Virus record (IMG/VR): IMGVR_UViG_3300010413_002638
Location: 48,805 to 112,804 of that record
Length of the DNA stretch: 64,000 nucleotides
Strand: one strand, 5' to 3'
Source of the DNA: a virus
The translations under genes and the position numbers were made by a program. Below, one piece after another: positions 1 to 9,730 of the stretch; position 1 is the first letter of the stretch, and every line of letters begins with the position of its first letter. A model generated the notes under the pieces. That model made no database searches and was not told the DNA's origin. It saw only the letters and a list, made by a program, of their open reading frames with translations.

Positions 1-29
1 ACGAATATCTACATAACCAGATAGATGAA

Positions 30-443
30 ATGTTTGCGCTGAAAGCAGCCGAGCTGATACACGCCGACGGCGTATGCCAGGCATTTCACAAAGTCCACAG
101 CTACAAGTATCTGGACGATCCCTCATTCAAGACCGCCATGGAAAAAGAAATGGTGGCCCAAGGGATTCCAGCAGAAGAGCGGAACAAAGCCGCTGAATGG
201 ATTCCGCAAATAATCCAAGAACTCAGGGAAGAACAATCTGAATGGGCCGAGAAAGACCACGGCTTCCATCCAGATATGAAAGAAATTAAAGAAATGAGCC
301 AGCCCGACCAGCCGCTGGACTTCGCTGTCGAAGACGTCGAAGGCTGGCCCACCACCGCTAACGTCGAATGGGACAAAGGCAACGCCAGCCCCAGCCGCAC
401 CCCAGACGAAGCACAAAATACCAAAAATCGCCAAACAAAATGA
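30..443 (+). CDS. hypothetical protein (may be 5'-truncated by the window edge)
   Basis: 137 aa ORF whose stop overlaps the next start (ATGA at 440-443). Confidence 0.6.
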   Translation: MFALKAAELIHADGVCQAFHKVHSYKYLDDPSFKTAMEKEMVAQGIPAEERNKAAEWIPQIIQELREEQSEWAEKDHGFHPDMKEIKEMSQPDQPLDFAVEDVEGWPTTANVEWDKGNASPSRTPDEAQNTKNRQTK

Positions 444-718
444 GCGCCTATTGCGTCATAAGTGAATTCTTCCGCCAACTAAAAGAAATGGAAGAACTTC
501 TTCCGCAAGTTCAAGACATTGAACTCCGCGAGAAACTGGCCGCCATCCACGCTCATATGCACAAAGTAGTCCGTATTGGCGAAAGAGCAGCAATGGATCT
601 GGAACGAGGAGTCAAGCACGACTGCATGGTCATCCCCAGACCAGTGTTGGAGCGTCAAAACGACCTGTACAAACTCGATTACGACGTTGAAACCTATGAA
701 GCTCAGCCAGATCAATGA
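440..718 (+). CDS. hypothetical protein
   Basis: ATG at 440 coupled to upstream stop; helical sequence MSAYCVISEFF... Confidence 0.6.
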   Translation: MSAYCVISEFFRQLKEMEELLPQVQDIELREKLAAIHAHMHKVVRIGERAAMDLERGVKHDCMVIPRPVLERQNDLYKLDYDVETYEAQPDQ

Positions 719-938
719 AAATCTGATGATGCAACAGCTTCGCGGTGCTCTCTCCGCCAACGGACCATACTTCATGCGGCCCAACGTCCAACTAAGCAAC
801 AGCTATTCAGCTAATAGCGGATTCGATGCCGGTGCAAGAAATTCCGGCCTAACTATGCTACCCACCGGTATCCCCAGCAAACCCAGACATAGACAATATC
901 TGGGCCTCGAGCGGCGACCCGGCACCCTCCGGTTATGA
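696..938 (+). CDS. small hypothetical protein with N-terminus MKLSQINE (possible virion protein)
   Basis: In-frame ATG at 696 within ORF 576-938; stop overlaps the next start. Confidence 0.55.
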   Translation: MKLSQINENLMMQQLRGALSANGPYFMRPNVQLSNSYSANSGFDAGARNSGLTMLPTGIPSKPRHRQYLGLERRPGTLRL

Positions 939-1474
939 TGGAACACTTCTATCAGCTACCCCATATGGGTGAAGACTATTTCACCTACCCACACCTCTAT
1001 CGCGACATGGTTCAAGAGTTCGGTGACGGCAGCCATTTCGTAGAACTTGGCGGCTTCAAGGGCAAATCGACAGCCTATATGGCCGTCGAAATAATCAACT
1101 CTGGCAAGCGCATTCGCTTCGATTGCATAGACTTATTCATCGATTGTCCGCAAGGTAGCGGTGAATTCATCAAATCCTGTTTTTTGAATAATATCCAACC
1201 AGTAAAACACGTAGTCAATTTGTTTATCGGAGATTCAGCGGGAGCTGCTCGCTGTTACGTAGACGAATCGATCCATTTCATTTTTCTAGATGCCGACCAC
1301 ACCTACGAAGGCGTCGGCAGAGATATAACGTGCTGGCTACCAAAAATCGCTGTCGGTGGGATCTTAGCTGGCCACGATTATGAATGGACAGGTGTTAGAC
1401 AAGCAGTGTCAGAATTGCTACCACAAGCAACAAACTACAAACGAGACCCACACTGTTGGTTCGTCAGGAAGTAG
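935..1474 (+). CDS. class I SAM-dependent methyltransferase (Methyltransf_24-like)
   Basis: FVELGGFKGKS, FIFLDADHTYE and GGILAGHDY motifs. Confidence 0.9.
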   Translation: MMEHFYQLPHMGEDYFTYPHLYRDMVQEFGDGSHFVELGGFKGKSTAYMAVEIINSGKRIRFDCIDLFIDCPQGSGEFIKSCFLNNIQPVKHVVNLFIGDSAGAARCYVDESIHFIFLDADHTYEGVGRDITCWLPKIAVGGILAGHDYEWTGVRQAVSELLPQATNYKRDPHCWFVRK

Positions 1475-2243
1475 AAATAATACCACTGCCACCACACTTT
1501 GGACACACTTGTGTGTTTCGGCCCATTCTCACATCACCATCACCATGGCAGATCGGGCAAGTGGCAGTAGTATTGGCATAACCAGACCTAGCGAAATCCG
1601 GCGTCTGGTCGTGCATGGAATCAGCCGCCATCTTTTTGAACCGCTGTTGTAGCTTTCTGTCGTCTTCCGTCTTTTGGATACTGATTCTGGTCGTACCTGT
1701 GCCATCTACCCGTTGTTGCGGTACAGCAAGCGGCTGACCTTCCCGGCCTTCTACAACAGCCATCTTCACTTTTCCCTTAAGAGCATCGGCAGGGAGTTCA
1801 CCTTTCACGCTGGTCGTGTCATGGCTAGCATATGATTGTACGTTCCCGAGTGTAGTATTCCCTCCGACACTAGACATTGGTCGTGATCGATCAACTACGT
1901 CTGTGGATACCCAATCGCCGTCTTCTTCCTGTGCCACCGGCTGCGGTTGGGGCTTCGGTTGGGGCTCCGGCGTTGATGCTTCTTGTACCGGTTCGGGAGT
2001 TTGCTTTTCCGCGATTGCTATCCCACCAGACTCTGAGATATTCAAGCCCAGTGCTTTGGCTTGTTCGATAACTTCCTGGATTTTCTTTTGCTTATCCAAG
2101 AACGCGGCTTTGGCACTCTTGATACTGGCTTCTTCCGCATGTTCATCGCAAATATCGACTGTATGCTTAAGTCCATCATCAAGCGTAATGGTCAGCTGCG
2201 TATTTAAATTCTTGGAAGTACCGCAGTAGATACATTGCGACAT
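1464..2243 (-). CDS. hypothetical Zn-finger protein with C-terminal DnaJ-type CxxCxGxG repeats
   Basis: N-terminal CIYC...CDEH; C-terminal CPICHGDG...CPKCGGSG. Confidence 0.7.
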   Translation of the reverse strand: MSQCIYCGTSKNLNTQLTITLDDGLKHTVDICDEHAEEASIKSAKAAFLDKQKKIQEVIEQAKALGLNISESGGIAIAEKQTPEPVQEASTPEPQPKPQPQPVAQEEDGDWVSTDVVDRSRPMSSVGGNTTLGNVQSYASHDTTSVKGELPADALKGKVKMAVVEGREGQPLAVPQQRVDGTGTTRISIQKTEDDRKLQQRFKKMAADSMHDQTPDFARSGYANTTATCPICHGDGDVRMGRNTQVCPKCGGSGIISTS

Positions 2244-2270
2244 TTTCAATATTCTCCGAAGGACAAGCTA

Positions 2271-2678
2271 ATGGCAAAAGTATCTATCATCGAAGTTGAT
2301 CTAGGTTTCAGTGTATCCGATCTAATCAATGAAGACGTAGCCGGTCTGGTTGGCGAAGCACAAAAGGAATTAGAAACCGCCATTTCGACAGCCAAAAAAG
2401 CCAACGCACTACGAGAGCAAAAGGAAAGAGAAGCCCAAGAGTCAGTTGACAAAATTAGTGCAGTCATGGCCACGGCATACGACAATATCAAAACAGCCGG
2501 GGAAGAAGGAGTCCCAGCCGACCAAATCATGGCAGTCATAGATGGAGCAATCCCCAACATATCCGCCTTCACCTTACGAATGAAGAAAATCCTACGCGAC
2601 AACGGCAACGAATATGCCATCATCAAAAAGAAAAAAGGCGGAGTCCCGCATTATATATTTATACCCTTCAATCAATAA
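2271..2678 (+). CDS. hypothetical protein (coiled coil plus possible winged helix)
   Basis: ATG at 2271 after AAGGA; amphipathic helices. Confidence 0.65.
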   Translation: MAKVSIIEVDLGFSVSDLINEDVAGLVGEAQKELETAISTAKKANALREQKEREAQESVDKISAVMATAYDNIKTAGEEGVPADQIMAVIDGAIPNISAFTLRMKKILRDNGNEYAIIKKKKGGVPHYIFIPFNQ

Positions 2679-2905
2679 AAACCGTGATTTGCCAACACTT
2701 CATAAATACGGTCTATCGTTCTCTGACTCACACCATTAATAGTAAGTAATTGTTTCTTGGTGCGAGCGAGCAGCATGCCCAGATTATGAATTCCATTACT
2801 ATCCAAAATGCCTGCGATAGTAGCACTCAGACCAGCATCCTGACAAGGTATATCTAGCTTAGCTTCTAATTCTTCCCGAGAGAATTGTGAGTAGTGTTTT
2901 GCCAT
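2672..2905 (-). CDS. stand-alone RNA polymerase alpha C-terminal domain-like HhH protein
   Basis: GLSATIAGILDSNGIHNLGMLLARTKKQLLTINGVSQRTIDRIYEVLANHG parallels the alpha-CTD pattern. Confidence 0.75.
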   Translation of the reverse strand: MAKHYSQFSREELEAKLDIPCQDAGLSATIAGILDSNGIHNLGMLLARTKKQLLTINGVSQRTIDRIYEVLANHGFY

Positions 2906-3675
2906 TTGGTGCGTAAGACCTTAACCAATTCACACATCACTCTTATCTGATCCTCGAAAGCCGCCTTGCGGCTTCCATCGCGAAAATTAACCGGTGATGG
3001 GTGATAAATCGCAAAGACGCCCACGCCAAATTTCTCGCTCTTGGTAATCTTCTTCAGCGACGGGCCAAAATCAACACCAGGGCATAATTGCGTAAACGAT
3101 ACCGCCCCCAGCGCTATAATTAGTTTTGGCCGCAGCAAATTGATCTCCATACACAAGAAAGGCTCGCAACGATCCATATGACGCTGCGTCGGCCTCTGAT
3201 TTCCTTCCGTATAGCAACGCACCGTATTACAGATATAGAACCAATCCCTCGAAACACCGTGCTTCTTTATTTCCGTATCGAAATTATTACCAGCCGCCCC
3301 CACAAAAGGCTCATTCTTCTCCAATTCGTTCCAACCCGGATTCTGCCCCACGATAACAAAAGGTGAGGGATTCATATTACTCAGCACATGTGGGTCGCGG
3401 ATTTCATTTTTGCGTTCCGCACCTTTGATGCCAAGCTCGCACATACTACACGCTGTGCAAGTAGTAGAAAGCTGACGAAGCATACGCAATTTGCGATCTC
3501 GCCACGCTTCTTTACCGACGTCAAGAACGCTGATGAAATCTGGCACGAATACCTCGGCTGGTGCTGTGCTAGTGAAACCAAACCAATCGAAATTCCTCAG
3601 CTCATCCAGAGGATCACTGGGTTCAGGGGTCTCAATACAAGCGAATCTTTTTCGGTAGGCTTCATATTTTGACAT
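2866..3675 (-). CDS. uracil-DNA glycosylase family 4 (Fe-S)
   Basis: CSMC, VGQNPG, PFVGAAG, NTVRC and IYHPSP motifs. Confidence 0.9.
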   Translation of the reverse strand: MSKYEAYRKRFACIETPEPSDPLDELRNFDWFGFTSTAPAEVFVPDFISVLDVGKEAWRDRKLRMLRQLSTTCTACSMCELGIKGAERKNEIRDPHVLSNMNPSPFVIVGQNPGWNELEKNEPFVGAAGNNFDTEIKKHGVSRDWFYICNTVRCYTEGNQRPTQRHMDRCEPFLCMEINLLRPKLIIALGAVSFTQLCPGVDFGPSLKKITKSEKFGVGVFAIYHPSPVNFRDGSRKAAFEDQIRVMCELVKVLRTKWQNTTHNSLGKN

Positions 3676-4369
3676 GTCGTTTTACGAAAGCATCATATTC
3701 TTCGCGAGTATCAATACCAGCATGTAGTATGGAACGAGTGAGCACTTTAATTCGATAGCCAGCTTGCAACCAGGTTAATTGTTCTAGCGACTCGCCGGAA
3801 TACGTGGTTTTATCGAGCGTGGCCGTTGCCATCAATGTTTCGTACGTGAAAGCATAAATCCCCATATGCTTCAAAGCCGCTTCCGGCTGGTCATATGGAA
3901 TAGGGCAGCGACTAAAGTACATCGCCAGATCGTCATGATCCAAGACTGCTTTTACCACGTCTGGAGACTGGTATTCTTCCGACGTGGCCGATGCAGCTAG
4001 TGTCGCCACCTCCACGTCATGCCTCGTGCAAGCATACGCCAAATCCAACACGTGCAGCGGGTCTAATTCTGGTTCGTCGCCCTGCCAATTAACTATGATA
4101 GTATCATTATCAATATCCATATCTCCCGCCAATGCCGCTCTCACGCGCTCAGTGCCAGAAGAACAATTACCGGTCATGATGACTTCGGCAGACTTCCTAA
4201 CCACATCGCGAATTTGTTGGTTATCCGTAGCCACCACCACACGACCAAACCTCTCTTTGGCGGCCTGGACGGTATGCAAAATAAGCGGTTGCCCGGTTTC
4301 ACTCAACAATAATTTGTTGGGTAATCGGGAAGATTCTAGCCTAGCAGGAATTACTACAACAACTCTCAT
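3662..4369 (-). CDS. kdsB: 3-deoxy-manno-octulosonate cytidylyltransferase (CMP-Kdo synthetase)
   Basis: IPARLESSRLPNK, SGTER, NWQGDEP, YFSR, HMGIYAF, ESLEQL and GIDT motifs; ATG at 4369. Confidence 0.9.
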   Translation of the reverse strand: MRVVVVIPARLESSRLPNKLLLSETGQPLILHTVQAAKERFGRVVVATDNQQIRDVVRKSAEVIMTGNCSSGTERVRAALAGDMDIDNDTIIVNWQGDEPELDPLHVLDLAYACTRHDVEVATLAASATSEEYQSPDVVKAVLDHDDLAMYFSRCPIPYDQPEAALKHMGIYAFTYETLMATATLDKTTYSGESLEQLTWLQAGYRIKVLTRSILHAGIDTREEYDAFVKRHVKI

Positions 4370-5313
4370 GGCTTGATAATTTTCATAGTGGCTGGCTTGA
4401 ATTCGCGTTGAGCATATTTCAGAAGCCGCATAATGCAGGAACCGACATCCATGCACCAATCCCATTGGGCATAGCTACCAACGCAATAAATACCAGCACG
4501 CTCCACATTGTCCAATTTGGGAGTATGACCCATAGGCAAAGCATTTTCGATGGAAGTACCATCGATAATCTCAAAACGAGACGTAAACGCCATCAAATAA
4601 ACACCAGGAGTCGGAATCTCCTCATGACAGTAGAACAAATATCTATTCTTGGATATATTAGCCACCTTGAAGAAAGAAATAGGAGCATCAACAACCAATA
4701 ATTGATTAAAGCCTTCAAAATCAAGAGAGTCGGTCTCCACGTGCAAATAATGTAGTGTCTTCGACGGCAGTTCCACGTTAACGTTCATCAACTTACACAA
4801 CGCATCCAGCGGTATGGTGCTCACAGCATTATCAAAGTCAATTCTATTCCCATCACGTATGAAGAAATGATCACCTACTGCTGTTACTGCTCCCTTGGCA
4901 GCCTCTTCCTTCAAGTCTGACAAAAATTCATTCACCAACGATTGATATAAGCCGTTGACTCGAATATCATAAACAAACAAATTCATCCTGTTACTATGAT
5001 AAATCTCGCTCTGGGGCGGAACCACTGTTCCAAACATTTTGCTAAGCCAATCAGAGCATAACCCCGAACTATAGTCGGATATTATCTGCCCGGCTATTGA
5101 CCAAGCTCGCTTGTATACGTATACAGGCAACGACTTGCCATATAAGTCTTTGATGAATGGATCTAACTGTTCGTCCCGGATGATAAAGTTATCATCCAGT
5201 GCCGGGTTAAACGAGAAGAATCTACTACGATAAAACGGGATGACCTTCCAGGAAGGTCCTAGAATCTTCCGTGCCAATAATCCAACTATTCCAGACCCAA
5301 AGATTACGTTCAT
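4366..5313 (-). CDS. FAD-dependent oxidoreductase-like protein (UDP-galactopyranose mutase/HemY-like fold)
   Basis: N-terminal IFGSGIVGL Rossmann motif, VSTIPL, C-terminal VGSYAQWDW.MD. Confidence 0.65.
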   Translation of the reverse strand: MNVIFGSGIVGLLARKILGPSWKVIPFYRSRFFSFNPALDDNFIIRDEQLDPFIKDLYGKSLPVYVYKRAWSIAGQIISDYSSGLCSDWLSKMFGTVVPPQSEIYHSNRMNLFVYDIRVNGLYQSLVNEFLSDLKEEAAKGAVTAVGDHFFIRDGNRIDFDNAVSTIPLDALCKLMNVNVELPSKTLHYLHVETDSLDFEGFNQLLVVDAPISFFKVANISKNRYLFYCHEEIPTPGVYLMAFTSRFEIIDGTSIENALPMGHTPKLDNVERAGIYCVGSYAQWDWCMDVGSCIMRLLKYAQREFKPATMKIIKP

Positions 5314-6047
5314 TCTTCTGCTAAATCACTGTCATCGAAGTTGGCTGACTCTTCCTGCTCCTCCACTGGTCCCGCCGCGTCAATAAGCTTCTGCCAGGCT
5401 TCTTCGTTGGCGTCTTCGGCCATATCATCTGACGCCTGCTGTAGTGCATTACCAACGAAATCTGTACTGCTTGCCTTTTTCTTGGGGACCTTCTTAGGAG
5501 CCTTTTTGGCGGCTTTCTTAGCTGGCTTTTTCTTGGTACTCTTCGGCTTTTCCTCTTGCTCTTCTTTAGGCTCGAGAACGTCAATCAGGTCTTGGTCCAC
5601 CTCGGGCTCAGAATCGCTCGGAAGGGCTTCCGATGGCTCCTCGAGGGCCTCCGCCAAGTCATTTACATCGATTCTATCGCCAATGGGTTCCCCGGAGGGT
5701 GTTATCGGTTCATTAAAGTCATGCAACAAGGGGTCCAATTCTGACGCCGGAACCCTCCCGGATTCAATGGGATTATTAAATGGATCGTTGATGACCGGCT
5801 CAGGAGGAATACAATGCTCGCAAGAATAATGTACCGGCTGAAAAGGCGGGTCCATCAACTTCACATGCACGACCAATCCCTGCCCGCAATTGGGGCAAAC
5901 CGTCGATAATTTACTCGGCTTGACAATATTCCCAAAAGCATTTTCCATTGTGTTGTGGTCAGCGATCGGCGTGTCGAATTCGATCGGACGACCAAATATT
6001 TCAACGCCATTGATAACCATCGGAACCAAATCGTATGGATTGTACAT
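5310..6047 (-). CDS. hypothetical protein with Zn ribbon and acidic and Lys/Ala-rich tail
   Basis: CPNC...CEHC; KKKPAKKAAKKAPKKVPKKK. Confidence 0.7.
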   Translation of the reverse strand: MYNPYDLVPMVINGVEIFGRPIEFDTPIADHNTMENAFGNIVKPSKLSTVCPNCGQGLVVHVKLMDPPFQPVHYSCEHCIPPEPVINDPFNNPIESGRVPASELDPLLHDFNEPITPSGEPIGDRIDVNDLAEALEEPSEALPSDSEPEVDQDLIDVLEPKEEQEEKPKSTKKKPAKKAAKKAPKKVPKKKASSTDFVGNALQQASDDMAEDANEEAWQKLIDAAGPVEEQEESANFDDSDLAEE

Positions 6048-6054
6048 TTCTCAC

Positions 6055-6609
6055 CTATGATTGCGTGGACCACTTGCCAGCTGACTTGCGAATCTGCTCA
6101 GCCTTCTTACGTAGCCCCAAAAAGGAATCTTCTGACAAACTGAACTCCAAAAATCGATCATCAGTATGTATCGACGCTGGTTTTACATAATTTGTGTTGC
6201 CACACGAACAAGCCTTGTCCGCATCAAATGTCTTCTTTTGGCACTTAGTGCAAATATTCGGTTGCCCAGCCATTCTGACATCGACCTTGGTCGCAGTGCA
6301 ATAATAATAGCTGTAATTCGCCCCAAATTTTTCACCAGTGAGTTCACAAATATGTGGAGCACGTTGCCGTCGTGTTCCCGACATCACGAGCTTATAATTA
6401 TTGATTATTTGCTGACTCAGTGTTGAAAAACACGCCGTGCAGATGTCCAACGAAAACACAATTTGTGAGTGATACAGCGTATCCAAGCCAGGCATACGAC
6501 CGTCAGTCACTGTAATATGCCGGAAATCAAACGAATAATAGATAAAATCATTGCGATAAGAAGCACCACAATGATCGCAAGCTATCCCACTTCTGTCACT
6601 GGTTTGCAT
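6055..6609 (-). CDS. Cys-rich hypothetical protein (Zn-binding)
   Basis: Multiple CxxC pairs. Confidence 0.7.
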   Translation of the reverse strand: MQTSDRSGIACDHCGASYRNDFIYYSFDFRHITVTDGRMPGLDTLYHSQIVFSLDICTACFSTLSQQIINNYKLVMSGTRRQRAPHICELTGEKFGANYSYYYCTATKVDVRMAGQPNICTKCQKKTFDADKACSCGNTNYVKPASIHTDDRFLEFSLSEDSFLGLRKKAEQIRKSAGKWSTQS

Positions 6610-6623
6610 AAATAGTCTCCATA

Positions 6624-9368
6624 CTATTTATTCAACTTCTCCATCCTCTCCGCCTCATAGGCTTCTCTCCAACCACGATGGAGTAGTTTAATAATTACCT
6701 CACCTCGCACCAAAGTGAAGGTATTGCGCATCTCATCATATTCGACAAAGAGCTGCACACCAGTACCAGGTTGCTGGATCATCTCTAAATCCTGCATCAA
6801 CAGAGCCTTGCCAAAAAGCATCACCAGAGTGCTTTGGATGCCGTCACTAATCACCAGTCTACCGTATGGCTTGTTGTTCTTTGATTCCGCCATTTCAAAA
6901 CCTATGATAACGCCCTCCAATTTGGCCTCACCATTCTTAACGGAATTCACTTTCGCATCTTCAATAGTGCAACCGCCCTCTATCTCATACACATCCAAAG
7001 GAGAGTGTAAATAATATCCAAGATATTCCTTCTCGAACTCAAGCATTTGTTCAATAGTGAAGTCCTCTGGAAACAAGGACATTACTTTCTCGGGAGAATC
7101 ATCAGGGACCGGCTTCCAATTCTCCATTTTGGTCGGAACCTTGCGGCGATTTGGATATGCTTTGAAATATTCATCAATTTGGCGTTGACGTTCTTGTTCG
7201 ATAGCTTCGTCCGTCCAATCATCCAGCAGCAACAATTTTCGCCTTATCTCCTGGCGGAGCTTGGTGATGTCCTTGCCACTGCAATATTTGTACCTGTAAT
7301 ACTCCCAAGTCGCCTGAGCATTTTCGTATCCTGGAAACTGCCTGAATGACCCCAATTTGATGAAACGCTCAAAAACCGACTTGTCCTTCCCTGCCGAGTC
7401 AACCATATCATCCAAAGAAGTAAATTGCCGTTGGCTGGTCCATTTTTTAGCGGCAACATCGCCCAACCCCTTGATGCCAATCAAACCCTGGTTCACCACA
7501 TCGCCCGTAACCGTGAAATTGGCGGTCATATTCTCCACATTGATCGTGTCGAACTTCACGCCACGAGCACGTTGCTTCGGTTGGAACTTGCCACAATACG
7601 TGATATCCGTCGGTTCCCAGTTCTCAGACCGTGCCACGCCCATATAACGAACGAGTTTGTCCGGATGGCAATCGCTCATCACCGCCGCCCAGAACTCTGG
7701 CGCGAAATGAGCCTTCAACCATAAACATCGATGAGCCACCAGGCAATAACTGACAGCATGGCTGCGGTTAAACGCATATCGCCCAAACGTCTCCATCTTC
7801 GTCCACCACTGCTCCGCTTCCTGCTCACCCAAAACACGCGAAGCACCGCGTACCCATTTCTCCTTGATGGGCTTGAGCTTGTGCGTCCATTTCTTGGCTA
7901 CAGCCTTACGAGCCTCCTGAGCCTCCGGAGCCGTAAAACCAGCCACAAGCTGCCAAATAGCCTGCAACTGCTCCTGATAAACAATGACTCCATAAGTGTC
8001 TTTCAAGACACTAAGAATATCCGGATGTAATTTCTTCTGCCAACGGCCTGATGTATCATCGCGGTTTGCCACCGCATCCGGAATAGAGGCCATAGGACCA
8101 GGATGCCCCATGGCATTAAAGAGCATCAGATCCTCAAAATTCCGTACACCATTCTGCAAGATACTCTTGGCCAGATTCGTATCGAATTGAAAAACGCCAT
8201 CTGTCTTCTGGGCGTTTGCCAGTGCAAGCGCGTACTCGTCATTTAGGTCAATATATCGTTTATTCCCGTCGCCGTCGAAGAAATGACCAGCTCGGCTTTG
8301 TGTAGGATCAATATCATCCCATCCGTCCATGTTCTTGCCAAAAGAGATACCACGATTCCGCTCGATCAATTTGCAACATTCGAAGATATACTTGAGCGTC
8401 TTGAGACCGAGAATGTCCCACTTAACATAACCAAACTTGGACAGCTGTGTGTTACGGCCTTCCGTCCACATGCTGATCCAATAGCCACCCTTCTTGCTCT
8501 TAGCCAGCGGAATATTGCCGTAGAGAGAGCGATCGGCAATAATCAGGGCACCAGCGTGCATACCCATATTGCGAACGCGACCTACCAACTTGACCGCATA
8601 ATCAACGATCTTAGGGTGCTTCTTGGCGAATTTGAGGAGATCTTCATGGTCTCGCAGAAGTTTACCAATAGTAATTCCATCTGTGTCAGCAGATCCGCAT
8701 TTAGGGCACTTGGTAGCGTTATGCGAATGCCCACATTCAGTCTCTTCACCGGTATCTGCATTGACGACACGGCCCTTACAATTAGACTTGCCTCCATCCT
8801 TTAGATCATCCACTTCATCCGGCAGATTGGTCGTAAGTGATAAAATCTCCTGTTTATCCAGCCAGCCGGTGGCGGCACAGACATCGATAAGAGCAGATCG
8901 GAATTTGTAGGTTGTCCATGTGCCCACACTGCAGACAGCACCATAACCGTCTTTGATGTGCGCACCGAATTTCCGCATCGCATATTCTTTAATAGGATCA
9001 CGGGCTTCCGGTAGACAATCTATATCAATATCCGGTTGGTCTGGATCTTTGATGAGATCAGGCGGGATAAAGCCCTGGTCGCGCTTGAAATCTGATACCA
9101 CAGAAGCCCGCACGCTATTGAGCATGGGCGTGGTGCGAGCAGCAATCGGGTCTCCTTCGACCATTCCCAACAACCACGGCAACAAAAGAAAGTTGGGATT
9201 AGAAGAGAATTTCTTGCCGTCGTTGTAGAGATTCGTCCAGTAAGTGATAGCACCTTGCTTCTCAACTTCCTGGATTTCGAATTTCAGCCGTTCTTGATAC
9301 TCTTGGCCGTTCTTGCGATTTGCTTTGTTTGCTATCTCTTTGATTTCTTGCCAAGAGACTTCAGCCAC
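6624..9368 (-). CDS. dnaE: DNA polymerase III alpha subunit, C-terminal part (palm, thumb, fingers, HhH, OB)
   Basis: PDIDID, HAGALII, KWDILGLKTL, GVFQF, TYGVIVYQEQ, YAFNRSH and EKEYLGYY motifs. Confidence 0.95.
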   Translation of the reverse strand: MAEVSWQEIKEIANKANRKNGQEYQERLKFEIQEVEKQGAITYWTNLYNDGKKFSSNPNFLLLPWLLGMVEGDPIAARTTPMLNSVRASVVSDFKRDQGFIPPDLIKDPDQPDIDIDCLPEARDPIKEYAMRKFGAHIKDGYGAVCSVGTWTTYKFRSALIDVCAATGWLDKQEILSLTTNLPDEVDDLKDGGKSNCKGRVVNADTGEETECGHSHNATKCPKCGSADTDGITIGKLLRDHEDLLKFAKKHPKIVDYAVKLVGRVRNMGMHAGALIIADRSLYGNIPLAKSKKGGYWISMWTEGRNTQLSKFGYVKWDILGLKTLKYIFECCKLIERNRGISFGKNMDGWDDIDPTQSRAGHFFDGDGNKRYIDLNDEYALALANAQKTDGVFQFDTNLAKSILQNGVRNFEDLMLFNAMGHPGPMASIPDAVANRDDTSGRWQKKLHPDILSVLKDTYGVIVYQEQLQAIWQLVAGFTAPEAQEARKAVAKKWTHKLKPIKEKWVRGASRVLGEQEAEQWWTKMETFGRYAFNRSHAVSYCLVAHRCLWLKAHFAPEFWAAVMSDCHPDKLVRYMGVARSENWEPTDITYCGKFQPKQRARGVKFDTINVENMTANFTVTGDVVNQGLIGIKGLGDVAAKKWTSQRQFTSLDDMVDSAGKDKSVFERFIKLGSFRQFPGYENAQATWEYYRYKYCSGKDITKLRQEIRRKLLLLDDWTDEAIEQERQRQIDEYFKAYPNRRKVPTKMENWKPVPDDSPEKVMSLFPEDFTIEQMLEFEKEYLGYYLHSPLDVYEIEGGCTIEDAKVNSVKNGEAKLEGVIIGFEMAESKNNKPYGRLVISDGIQSTLVMLFGKALLMQDLEMIQQPGTGVQLFVEYDEMRNTFTLVRGEVIIKLLHRGWREAYEAERMEKLNK

Positions 9369-9730
9369 TTTTGATATTCCTCTAACTTGTCAGCATGATT
9401 ACTTTTTACATGCAGCGTCCGCCCACTAGTGCTAGACATAGGTTTGTTGCAAAATGGACAACACAGCTGATCGGTCGGAGCTGGTTCTGGTACTGGTTCC
9501 ACCTGTGTGGGTCTGGGAATAGTATCTGGGTCCAATTCCCATGGTTGTATGGCAACCAATCTACCCTGGCGTTTTTCCATAGGTGCAGAATAGAGACAAT
9601 AACCAGCCTCCACTGCCCTATTTAGCAGCTCCTGATACTCTGAGTTATTCTTTAGTTTGTGCTGCGATATAATGCGGCTCGGTGGTTTAACCAGAATGAA
9701 AGCAGTATGCTTGAAGTCAATCTTGTTCAT
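9332..9730 (-). CDS. C2H2 zinc-finger protein
   Basis: CPFCNKPMSSTSGRTLHVKSNH. Confidence 0.7.
   Translation of the reverse strand: MNKIDFKHTAFILVKPPSRIISQHKLKNNSEYQELLNRAVEAGYCLYSAPMEKRQGRLVAIQPWELDPDTIPRPTQVEPVPEPAPTDQLCCPFCNKPMSSTSGRTLHVKSNHADKLEEYQKWLKSLGKKSKR

Noticed and set aside
6715-9265. Many antisense or alternative-frame ORFs overlapping dnaE and other long genes
   Set aside because: Shadow ORFs of well-supported genes, with no recognisable motifs.
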